Assembly: GCA_036443505.1 (NCBI GenBank)
Contig: JAZFYK010000169.1
Location: forward strand, 1-57,300
Source: Gammaproteobacteria bacterium
GTDB lineage: Bacteria > Pseudomonadota > Gammaproteobacteria > Steroidobacterales > Rariloculaceae
Reading direction: 5' to 3'
DNA length: 57,300 nt
The position numbers and the translations under genes were made by a program. The notes below the pieces were generated by a model that saw only the letters and a program-made list of their open reading frames with translations, did not search any database and was not told where the DNA came from. Shown one piece after another: positions 27,944 to 36,535 of this stretch. Positions within the stretch are counted from its first letter, which is position 1. Each line of letters starts with the position of its first letter.

Positions 27944-29263
27944 GTGGGCACTAGCGTCGTGCACTCACAGGAATACTCCAGACGCCGCCGTCACCTGATG
28001 GAGCTCGTCGGTTCGGGTGGCATAGCGGTGCTACCGGCCGCTCCCGAACGAACGCGTAGTCGCGATACGCTCTATTCGTACCGCCCCGACAGTGATTTCT
28101 TTTATATCACCGGCTTCGACGAGCCGGAGGCCGTCGCGGTGTTGATTCCCGGCCGCCCGCAAGGCGAGTTCCTTGTGTTCTGCCGCGAACGAGATCGAGA
28201 GAAAGAGTTATGGGATGGGCCGCGGCAGGGCCCCGACGGTCTGGTTGCCCGCTACGGAGCCGATGACGCGTTTCCGATAGACGATATCGACGAAATTCTT
28301 CCGGGTCTGCTGGAGCGGAGCGAGCGGGTCTACTACTCCATGGGCGTGTTTGGCGAATTCGATCAACGCCTGCTGGGTTGGATGCACGCTCTGCACGCCA
28401 GAAGGCAAAGTGGCCACGTGCCCGACGAGCTTGTCGATCTGGATCATCTTCTGCATGAGATGCGTCTGTTTAAGAGCCGTCGAGAAGTCAGTGTGATGAA
28501 ACGGTCGGCACGCATCGCGGTAGAGGCTCACCGCCAGGCCATGCGTGCCTGTACGCCTGGCATGTACGAATACGAACTCGAAGCTGAGTATCGGTACGCG
28601 TTCGCGCGGCACGGGGCTCAGTGTTCCTACGAGCCGATCGTCGCGGCCGGCTCGAACGCGTGTGTACTGCACTATCACGCGAATAACTCGGTCCTGAACG
28701 ATGGGGATCTGGTGCTGATCGATGCCGGTTGTGAGCTCGAATGCTACGCGTCGGACGTGACCCGAACCTTCCCGGTCAATGGCGAGTTTTCCGAGCCACA
28801 GAGAGATCTCTACGAGATCGTTTATGCGGCCAACCAAGCCGCTACGGACAAGGTTCGACCGGGCAACCACTGGAACGACCCGCACGACGCGGCCGTCAGG
28901 GAGATCACGCGCGGCTTAAGAGACCTGGGTATTTTAGAGGGCCGGCTTCCGGCCCTGATCAAGACGGGCGCCTACCAGCGGTTCTTCGTACACAAGACCG
29001 GCCATTGGCTGGGAATGGATGTCCACGATGTCGGGGACTATAAGGTTGCCGAACAGTGGCGCCTGCTGGAACCCGGCATGGTCACGACCATCGAGCCGGG
29101 CATTTACATCGCACCGGACGCCAAGGGCGTCGCGAAGCGTTGGCGGGGAATCGGGATTCGCCTCGAAGACGACGTGTATCTGTCTAAAGATGGGCCGCAG
29201 GTGCTTACCAAAGATCTGCCCTTGCTGGCCGAAGAGATCGAGCAGCTTGTGGGAAGTCACTGA
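27944..29263 (+). CDS. pepP: Xaa-Pro aminopeptidase (aminopeptidase P)
   Basis: YRPDSDFFYITGFDEPEAVAV, DGDLVLIDAG, HWLGMDVHD and TIEPGIY. GTG start; a second GTG five codons downstream is also possible. Confidence 0.9.
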   Translation: MGTSVVHSQEYSRRRRHLMELVGSGGIAVLPAAPERTRSRDTLYSYRPDSDFFYITGFDEPEAVAVLIPGRPQGEFLVFCRERDREKELWDGPRQGPDGLVARYGADDAFPIDDIDEILPGLLERSERVYYSMGVFGEFDQRLLGWMHALHARRQSGHVPDELVDLDHLLHEMRLFKSRREVSVMKRSARIAVEAHRQAMRACTPGMYEYELEAEYRYAFARHGAQCSYEPIVAAGSNACVLHYHANNSVLNDGDLVLIDAGCELECYASDVTRTFPVNGEFSEPQRDLYEIVYAANQAATDKVRPGNHWNDPHDAAVREITRGLRDLGILEGRLPALIKTGAYQRFFVHKTGHWLGMDVHDVGDYKVAEQWRLLEPGMVTTIEPGIYIAPDAKGVAKRWRGIGIRLEDDVYLSKDGPQVLTKDLPLLAEEIEQLVGSH

Positions 29264-30534
29264 TGGGACACGCTAACCTCGAAGCGGATGTGTTGATCGT
29301 GGGCGGCGGGCTCGCGGGCTCGACACTCGCGCACGCGCTGGCTCTGACGCCGTTAACGACCGTATTGGTGGAGGCGCGCGACCCATCGCAGCTCGAGCAA
29401 CCCAGCTTCGACGGCAGGGCGACGGCGCTCGCAAACGGCAGCCAGCGCATCCTGGCATCGCTCGGATTGTGGGATCGAGTAGCCGCGGACGCAGAGCCGA
29501 TACGCTCCATTCATATCTCCGAATTCGGTCGATTCGGCGCCGCGCGAATCCACGCACAGGAGGAGGGGGTGCCCGCGCTCGGCTATACACTGGAGAACCG
29601 AATACTCGGCGGAACGTTATGGCAGGCACTGGACGCGGCGGATGGGTTTACGTGTCTGGCGCCGGCTAAGCTGTCTTCGCTTACGGTCGGCGAGGAGAGG
29701 GTCGAGGCCGAAGTGATTACGGCACAGGAGCGGCTGTCGCTCGTCGCGAAGGTCGTCGTCGCCGCAGACGGTGCGAATTCCCAGGTCCGCCGGGAGCTGG
29801 CCATCGCCGCCCATGAAGATCGTTACGAGCAACAGGCGATCATCCTGAATTGCGCGACCGAACTACCTCACGCGGGACGTGCTTTCGAACGATTTACCCC
29901 GGACGGACCCTTGGCGTTTCTGCCGCTCAGCGCCAATCGAGTCGCGGTCGTATGGACGCGATCCCACGAGGAAGCCAGTCGCGTCGCGACGCTCGAAGAC
30001 GACGTGTTCGGTCGTGAGCTTCAGGCGGCGTTCGGCTATCGGTTGGGCCGTATCACTCGCATCGGTTCGCGGACTGCGTACCCGTTGACGCGCCTGCGAA
30101 GCGCGGCGGTTATCGGCTCGCGTGCCGTGCTGATCGGCAGCGCGGCCGTCAACCTTCATCCCGTCGCCGGACAGGGCTTCAACCTCGCGTTGCGAGACGT
30201 GGCGTCGCTGGCGGAGATTTTCACGGAACACCTCGATGGGCATACGATCGCGGAAGATCCTGGGTCGGTGGACGTTCTGGATCGTTACCGGCAATGGCGG
30301 GAGCAAGATCAGAAAAGGGTAGCGGCGCTGACGCATGGGCTGATTCGCTTGTTCGGCTACGGCGCGCTGCCGCTAGCGGCCTCCAGGGGAATCGGGCTCA
30401 TGGCCTTTGATCTGGTACCCGGTGCTAAAGCGGAGCTGGCCAGGCAGACGATGGGCTTGTCCGGCCGACTTTCCCGCCTCGCCCGAGGCTTGCCACTGAT
30501 GCCCTCGTGGTCCAACAAGGCTATGAACTCATGA
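29263..30534 (+). CDS. ubiH: FAD-dependent ubiquinone-biosynthesis hydroxylase (UbiH-type)
   Basis: VLIVGGGLAGSTLA Rossmann motif and GSAAVNLHPVAGQGFNLALRD; follows pepP with a TGATG overlap, as in E. coli pepP-ubiH-ubiI. Confidence 0.85.
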   Translation: MGHANLEADVLIVGGGLAGSTLAHALALTPLTTVLVEARDPSQLEQPSFDGRATALANGSQRILASLGLWDRVAADAEPIRSIHISEFGRFGAARIHAQEEGVPALGYTLENRILGGTLWQALDAADGFTCLAPAKLSSLTVGEERVEAEVITAQERLSLVAKVVVAADGANSQVRRELAIAAHEDRYEQQAIILNCATELPHAGRAFERFTPDGPLAFLPLSANRVAVVWTRSHEEASRVATLEDDVFGRELQAAFGYRLGRITRIGSRTAYPLTRLRSAAVIGSRAVLIGSAAVNLHPVAGQGFNLALRDVASLAEIFTEHLDGHTIAEDPGSVDVLDRYRQWREQDQKRVAALTHGLIRLFGYGALPLAASRGIGLMAFDLVPGAKAELARQTMGLSGRLSRLARGLPLMPSWSNKAMNS

Positions 30535-31772
30535 CGCGTGCTGAGGATAGATCGGTCGTCATCGTCGGCGCGGGCCCGGTCGGCCTGACGGTCGCCGCGC
30601 TGTTATTGGCGAGCCCGCATGGCGACGGGTTGCGGATTCGTGTCCTGGAGCCCCGTGCCGCTCCCGCCTGGGAGCCGGAGCAAATGGATCTCCGTGTCTA
30701 TGCCCTGTCCAGGGCATCGCAACATATTTTCGAACACCTGGGCGTCTGGCAGCAGATCAGCGCCGCCCGCGCGAGCCCTTACCGGCGCATGCACGTCTGG
30801 GAGGGAGATTACGCCGACGCCCTGGGCTCCCTGTCCTTCGATAGCGCTGAGTTGGGCGAGCCCGATCTCGGGCACATCGTCGAGGATCGGCTAATCCGGG
30901 ACCGGCTGTTCAGCGTGCTGGAGGCGTCTGCCGACGTGGAGATGCGCGTCGGAGTCGAGCTCGCGGCGGTTCGCGTAGGGAAGCGAGCCGTAGAGATCGA
31001 GACGCAGACAGGCGAAGCCTTCGAGGCCACGGTGTTGATCGCGGCAGACGGTAGTGAATCCACCGTGCGGAGCTTGCTGGATCTGCCCGTGACGGGCGTG
31101 TCTTATGGACAGCATGCTCTGGTCACGCACGTGGCGACCGCGAGATCTCACGGCGAAACGGCGTGGCAGCGCTTCCTGCCTGATGGACCGTTGGCATTCC
31201 TCCCCTTGCTTGACGGTAGAAGCTCGGTGGTCTGGTCGATGAGTTCTGACAATGCGCAGCGCTTGTCGTCGGCATCGGAGCAAGCGTTCTTCGACGAGTT
31301 GCAGACTGCGAGCGGCGGTGTGCTCGGAGCGATCGAACCGAGCGTATCGCGGGCGAGCTTCCCGCTGCGGGCGCTGCACGCACGTCGTTACTGCTGCCCG
31401 CGAGTCGCCCTGGTGGGCGACGCGGCACACACGGTCCACCCCCTGGCCGGACAAGGGATGAATCTCGGGCTACTCGATGCTGCCGCGTTGGTCGATACGC
31501 TGGTTTCCGCGTTGAGTCACGACGAGGATCCAGGCGATCTGCGCGTTCTGCGGCGTTATGAGCGTCAGCGCAAAGGCGGGAACCTGAAAGTGCTCTTGGG
31601 GATGGATGCATTGCATCGGCTGTTCCGGCTCCCGGGGCCGTTGTTCAGGCCCCTGAGGGCTGCGGGGCTGTCCGCCATGAATGCGGCGCCGATCGCCAAG
31701 AACCGGCTGATGCGAGAAGCACTGGGCCTTACCGGCGAGCTGCCCAGCGCGGCCAGAGCGCGTGTGGCCTGA
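30531..31772 (+). CDS. FAD-dependent ubiquinone-biosynthesis hydroxylase (UbiI/UbiF-type paralogue)
   Basis: VVIVGAGPVGLTVA and GDAAHTVHPLAGQGMNLGLLD. The start is set to the ATG at 30531 (ATGA overlap with ubiH) rather than 30507. Confidence 0.8.
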   Translation: MTRAEDRSVVIVGAGPVGLTVAALLLASPHGDGLRIRVLEPRAAPAWEPEQMDLRVYALSRASQHIFEHLGVWQQISAARASPYRRMHVWEGDYADALGSLSFDSAELGEPDLGHIVEDRLIRDRLFSVLEASADVEMRVGVELAAVRVGKRAVEIETQTGEAFEATVLIAADGSESTVRSLLDLPVTGVSYGQHALVTHVATARSHGETAWQRFLPDGPLAFLPLLDGRSSVVWSMSSDNAQRLSSASEQAFFDELQTASGGVLGAIEPSVSRASFPLRALHARRYCCPRVALVGDAAHTVHPLAGQGMNLGLLDAAALVDTLVSALSHDEDPGDLRVLRRYERQRKGGNLKVLLGMDALHRLFRLPGPLFRPLRAAGLSAMNAAPIAKNRLMREALGLTGELPSAARARVA

Positions 31773-31837
31773 AAAGAGAGACGCGCTATGTGGAGACGCC
31801 GGGGGAGTTGAGCTATCATCGCCCCCGCAATCAAAAG

Positions 31838-32012
31838 GCCTGCCGGAGAGACTTCGCTTCGGCGAAGCGCCGAAGGCGCAACCACCGCTCGGAAACGCTC
31901 AGGCAAACGGACGGCAGAGCCTGATTGACTCTGGAGAGTGACCCCGAACCCTGGGGTCCACCGAAGGTGAGCGGCGCACCGTTGCGCTTAATCTCTCAGG
32001 TATCAGGACAGA
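31838..32012 (+). promoter_or_regulatory. Tandem glycine riboswitch (two aptamers)
   Basis: Aptamer 1: CUGCCGGAGAG...CGCCGAAGGCGCAA...CUCAGGCAAACGGACGGCAG. Aptamer 2: CUCUGGAGAG...CACCGAAGGUGAGC...CUCAGGUAUCAGGACAGAG. Located directly upstream of gcvT. Confidence 0.85.
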
Positions 32013-32016
32013 GGAG

Positions 32017-32044
32017 CGGCGAGCCACAGGCTCGCCGTTTTTTT
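32017..32044 (+). terminator. Riboswitch expression-platform intrinsic terminator
   Basis: CGGCGAGCC-ACA-GGCTCGCCG (9-bp stem) followed by T7, 14 nt before the gcvT ATG. Confidence 0.75.
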
Positions 32045-32057
32045 GTGGTGAATAGCG

Positions 32058-33155
32058 ATGCCCGGAGTAAAGCAAACACCGTTATACGAGACCCACATCG
32101 GTTTGGGAGCCCGTATGGTGGACTTCGGCGGTTGGAGCATGCCGCTCTACTACGGGTCGCAGTTGGATGAGCACCATGCCGTTCGCAAGCATGCCGGATT
32201 ATTCGACGTCTCCCACATGACGGTCGTGGACGTGTCGGGTGCCGACGCCGAGCGCTACCTCCGCTACGTTCTTGCCAACGATGTCAACAAGCTCCGCACG
32301 GCAGAAAACGGGCAATGCCGGGCGTTATACAGTTGCATGCTGCGCGACGACGGCGGGATCCTGGATGACCTGATCGTGTATCGACTGTCAGACAACGAGT
32401 TTCGGCTCGTCGTGAACGCGGCAACGAGGGACAAGGATCTTGCGTGGTTATCCGACCAGGTCGGCAATCATTCCGTCGAGCTCCTCGAGCGGCCGGACCT
32501 GGCTTTGCTCGCTGTGCAGGGGCCGCAGGCGCGCGAACTCGTGGCCCAGGCACTTCCGAGCGGAGAGGCGTTGCTCGCGTTGGCGCCGTTCCGTGCTCAT
32601 CGAGACGACGAGACGTTGATTGCTCGCACCGGATACACCGGGGAGGATGGGTTCGAGATCATTATTGCCGGCGCGCAGGCCCCGGCGCTGTGGTCCGAGT
32701 TGCATGCTTTAGGCATCGTGGCATGCGGGCTGGGCGCGCGGGATACCCTCCGCCTCGAAGCGGGGCTCAATCTCTATGGTCTGGATATGGACGAGACCGT
32801 CAGCCCGCTGGAATGCGGTCTCAGATGGACGGTGGACACGAAGACCGATCGCGACTTCATCGGCCGCAGCGCATTCGAGCGTCAGGCGGCTGATGGCGTG
32901 GAATTCGAGCAGGCCGGATTGATTCTCGAAGGCAAGGGCGTCCTCAGAGCCGGTTACGTCGTGAGCACGACGGGCGGTGAGGGCAAAATCACGAGCGGCA
33001 CATACTCGCCAACGCTGGCTCGCTCGGTCGCTCTCGCCAGGCTGCCGGTCGACGTAGAGAAAGACGGTGAGGTGGTTATTCGGAATCGCCGTCACGCCGT
33101 GCGCATCGTCAAACCGCCGTTCGTCAGGAATGGGGAAATCAAAGTTGATCTATAG
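32058..33155 (+). CDS. gcvT: Glycine cleavage system aminomethyltransferase (T protein)
   Basis: KQTPLYETHIGLGARMVDFGGWSMPLYYGSQLDEHHAVRKHAGLFDVSHM. Confidence 0.95.
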   Translation: MPGVKQTPLYETHIGLGARMVDFGGWSMPLYYGSQLDEHHAVRKHAGLFDVSHMTVVDVSGADAERYLRYVLANDVNKLRTAENGQCRALYSCMLRDDGGILDDLIVYRLSDNEFRLVVNAATRDKDLAWLSDQVGNHSVELLERPDLALLAVQGPQARELVAQALPSGEALLALAPFRAHRDDETLIARTGYTGEDGFEIIIAGAQAPALWSELHALGIVACGLGARDTLRLEAGLNLYGLDMDETVSPLECGLRWTVDTKTDRDFIGRSAFERQAADGVEFEQAGLILEGKGVLRAGYVVSTTGGEGKITSGTYSPTLARSVALARLPVDVEKDGEVVIRNRRHAVRIVKPPFVRNGEIKVDL

Positions 33156-33182
33156 AGCAGGCCGCATGAAGGAGGTCGACCG

Positions 33183-33578
33183 ATGAGCGAAATACCGGTT
33201 GAACTGAAGTATACGAAGGAGCATGAATGGGTCCGCGAGCAGGACGATGGGACCGTCGAGATCGGCATCACCGACCATGCTCAGGTCTCTCTCGGGGATC
33301 TGGTCTTGGTGGAACTTCCCGAGGATGACACGGTGGTCGCCAGCGGTGATGCAGGCGCCGTCGTGGAATCCGTGAAGGCCGCTTCGGATGTCTATATTCC
33401 GTTGTCCGGCACGATCGTCGAGACCAACCAGGCGTTAGCGGATTCTCCCGGACTCGTGAACACGGATCCGTACGGCAAGGGCTGGCTGTTTCGCATCAAG
33501 CCGGATTCGCCGGTGCAATTGGACGAGCTGTTGGGTAGCGAGGACTACGAACGTTTCGTAGCCGAGCTGAACGACTGA
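33183..33578 (+). CDS. gcvH: Glycine cleavage system H protein
   Basis: [10 protein letters not shown]...[19 protein letters not shown] (lipoyl-lysine context). Confidence 0.95.
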   Translation: MSEIPVELKYTKEHEWVREQDDGTVEIGITDHAQVSLGDLVLVELPEDDTVVASGDAGAVVESVKAASDVYIPLSGTIVETNQALADSPGLVNTDPYGKGWLFRIKPDSPVQLDELLGSEDYERFVAELND

Positions 33579-33595
33579 GCCGAGGCGACCAGACT

Positions 33596-34972
33596 ATGCC
33601 CTTCATTCCTCACACCGAGCACGAGTCGCAGCTCATGCTGCGGGCCATCGGCGTCGACGATATCGAAAGCCTGTTCGACGAGATTCCCGAGGAGCTGCGA
33701 TGTGGGAGTCTCGCGGGCGTGCCCGCCGCCATCTCGGAGTACGAAGTCGGACGACTCATGCGCCAGCAGGCCGACAAGGACCGGGTCGAGCTGAATTTTC
33801 TCGGTGCCGGCGCCTATGAGCACCACATTCCGGCGGCCGTGTGGGACCTGACGACGCGCGGTGAATTCTATAGCGCATATACGCCGTACCAGGCCGAAGC
33901 GAGCCAGGGAACGCTACAGGTCATCTACGAGTATCAAACGATGATGGCGAGCCTGACGGGCCAGGACGTTTCCAACGCGTCTCTGTACGACGGCGCCTCG
34001 GCGCTGGCGGAGGCTGTGCTCATGGCCGTCCGCGTCAACCGCGCGTCGAAGTCGAGGAGGGTCCTGGTCCCGCAAAGCGTGCATCCTCACTATACGGCTG
34101 TCGCCAAAACGATCACCGCAAGTCAGGGCATCGAGCTCGTCCAGGTACCCTATGATCCCGGCGCGGGCCGGACCGATCTGGAGGCCCTGCGGAGCCACGC
34201 CGGCACGGATATTACTGCCGTCGTAATTCAGCAGCCGAATTTCTTCGGTGTGCTGGAGCAGGTCGATGAGCTCGCCGACTGGGCGGCGGACCAGGGCGCG
34301 CTGGGGATTGCGATCGTCAACCCGACGTCGTTAGGCTTGTTGCGGCCGCCGGGAGAATGGGGTCGTGACGGCGTGCCCATCGTGTGTGGCGAGGGTCAGC
34401 CTCTCGGTGTGCCGTTGAGTTCCGGTGGCCCCTACTTCGGCTTTCTGACCTGTCGCGAAGCACTCGTGCGGCAGTTACCCGGCAGGCTCGTCGGTCGAAC
34501 ACTCGACACGGAAGGCAAGCGGGGCTTTACGCTCACACTGCAGGCGCGTGAGCAGCACATTCGACGTTCTCGAGCGACCTCTAACATCTGCACCAACCAG
34601 GGTCTGATGGTGACGGCGGCTACGATCTATATGAGCCTGCTGGGCCCCCAAGGCCTTCGCCACGTCGCGGCCGAATGCTGTGCGAAGACACGCGCTCTGG
34701 CGGCGGCTGCGGCCAAAATCGATGGCGTCGAACCGGCCTTTACGGCGCCGCACTTCCATGAAGTCGTGCTGCGCCTGCCGGTGAGTGCGTCCGCGGTCAT
34801 CGAGGGGATGCGCCAGCAGGGGATACTAGCCGGTATTGCGCTGTCCACCTGGCACCCGGAGCTGCGAAACTGTCTGTTGGCCTGTGCGACCGAGACGAAG
34901 ACCGATGAGGATATCCACACCTATGTGCAGGCGCTTGGGCAACAGATCGAAGCCTCAGGAGCAGCACGATGA
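33596..34972 (+). CDS. gcvPA: Glycine dehydrogenase (decarboxylating) subunit 1
   Basis: 458 aa; [28 protein letters not shown]; followed by subunit 2 with an ATGA overlap. Confidence 0.95.
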   Translation: MPFIPHTEHESQLMLRAIGVDDIESLFDEIPEELRCGSLAGVPAAISEYEVGRLMRQQADKDRVELNFLGAGAYEHHIPAAVWDLTTRGEFYSAYTPYQAEASQGTLQVIYEYQTMMASLTGQDVSNASLYDGASALAEAVLMAVRVNRASKSRRVLVPQSVHPHYTAVAKTITASQGIELVQVPYDPGAGRTDLEALRSHAGTDITAVVIQQPNFFGVLEQVDELADWAADQGALGIAIVNPTSLGLLRPPGEWGRDGVPIVCGEGQPLGVPLSSGGPYFGFLTCREALVRQLPGRLVGRTLDTEGKRGFTLTLQAREQHIRRSRATSNICTNQGLMVTAATIYMSLLGPQGLRHVAAECCAKTRALAAAAAKIDGVEPAFTAPHFHEVVLRLPVSASAVIEGMRQQGILAGIALSTWHPELRNCLLACATETKTDEDIHTYVQALGQQIEASGAAR

Positions 34973-36465
34973 GTGAACCGCTGATATTCGAGCGTGGCCA
35001 GCCGGGTCGATCGGCGGGCGCTCAGTTCCCTCGGCACGAGGGCGCCCATGAACTGCCGGCGCAGTTTCTCCGCGACAAGCCACCCCTGCTGCCGGAAGCG
35101 TCGGAGTTGGATGTCGTGCGGCACTACACGCGTTTGTCGCAGATGAACTTCTCGATCGACACCCAGTTCTACCCGCTGGGTTCGTGCACGATGAAATACA
35201 ATCCACGCGGCTGCAACTCATTTGCGATGCTGCCGGGCTTCACGCAGCGGCACCCGTTGGCGCCCGAGAGCTCATCGCAGGGATTCATGGCCTGTCTGTT
35301 CGAACTGCAGGAGCTGCTGAAGTCCGTCACGGGCATGTCGGCGTTCTCGTTAACGCCAATGGCCGGCGCCCAGGGAGAACTCGCCGGAATTGCGATGATC
35401 CGTGCCTATCATGTCGACCGTGGCGATGTCGGCCGCACGGACATCATCGTTCCGGATGCGGCTCACGGGACGAATCCCGCGACTGCGACGATGTGCGGAT
35501 GCACGGTCAGCGAAATAGCAACGCGCGCGGACGGTGACGTCGATCTCGATGCTCTACGGGAACTCGTCGGCCCACAGACGGCCGGGATCATGCTGACGAA
35601 TCCGTCGACCCTGGGGATCTTCGACAGGGGCATCAAGGCGATTGGAGAGATCATCCACGACGCAGGCGGACTCCTCTATTATGACGGCGCGAATCTCAAC
35701 GCGATACTCGGCAAAGTCCTGCCAGCCGAGATGGGCTTCGACGTCATGCATATCAACCTGCACAAGACTTTCGCAACGCCGCATGGCGGCGGTGGTCCCG
35801 GCTCCGGTGTTGTCGGCGCCGGTGAGACGCTCAAGCCTTTCTTGCCCGTTCCCGTCGTCGGCTCGGCATCGAACGGCTATCGTTGGCTCGACGAGTCGGA
35901 TCGGCCCAAGAGTATCGGCCGCCTGTCGGCATTCATGGGTAACGCCGGCGTCTTGCTGCGAGCCTATATCTATATGCGTCTGCTCGGGCGGGAAGGAATC
36001 GGACGCGTCGCCGACTACGCGGTATTGAACGCCAACTATGTCATGGCGCAGCTCGGAAAGGCGGGCTTCGACATTGCGTTTCCCGACCGGCGCGCCAGTC
36101 ATGAGTTCGTCGTCACGCTCAAGAGGCAAGCGAAGTCAAACGGTGTGAACGCGATGGACTTCGCGAAGGCGCTCCTGGATCGTGGCATACACGCCCCGAC
36201 AACCTACTTCCCGCTCCTCATTCCGGAGTGTCTGCTGATCGAGCCGACCGAGACGGAGAGTAAGCGAACGCTGGACGAATTCGTCGCGGCAATGACGGAG
36301 ATTCTCGCCGAGGCGGAAAGTGACGCCGCGCGGTGCAAAGCTGCGCCGGTGACCATGCCGGTGAGACGGCTGGATGATGTGCGCGCGGCCCGACAACTGG
36401 ACGTTCGATACCAGCCCCCGGAGACGCGCGATAATACGCAAGTCGCCAAACTCGCCGGCGATTAA
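34969..36465 (+). CDS. gcvPB: Glycine dehydrogenase (decarboxylating) subunit 2
   Basis: 498 aa; PLP-lysine context [19 protein letters not shown]. Confidence 0.95.
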   Translation: MSEPLIFERGQPGRSAGAQFPRHEGAHELPAQFLRDKPPLLPEASELDVVRHYTRLSQMNFSIDTQFYPLGSCTMKYNPRGCNSFAMLPGFTQRHPLAPESSSQGFMACLFELQELLKSVTGMSAFSLTPMAGAQGELAGIAMIRAYHVDRGDVGRTDIIVPDAAHGTNPATATMCGCTVSEIATRADGDVDLDALRELVGPQTAGIMLTNPSTLGIFDRGIKAIGEIIHDAGGLLYYDGANLNAILGKVLPAEMGFDVMHINLHKTFATPHGGGGPGSGVVGAGETLKPFLPVPVVGSASNGYRWLDESDRPKSIGRLSAFMGNAGVLLRAYIYMRLLGREGIGRVADYAVLNANYVMAQLGKAGFDIAFPDRRASHEFVVTLKRQAKSNGVNAMDFAKALLDRGIHAPTTYFPLLIPECLLIEPTETESKRTLDEFVAAMTEILAEAESDAARCKAAPVTMPVRRLDDVRAARQLDVRYQPPETRDNTQVAKLAGD

Positions 36466-36535
36466 GCCCGTACTTACGGAGAAAATGAACGTATTACTGG
36501 TCACAATCACAACACCAACCGTACAATTGAGCCCT

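Noticed and set aside
36374-36535. N-terminal 54 codons of the 984-aa ORF.
   Set aside because: They overlap the end of gcvPB in another frame. The ATG at 36536 gives a clean signal peptide.
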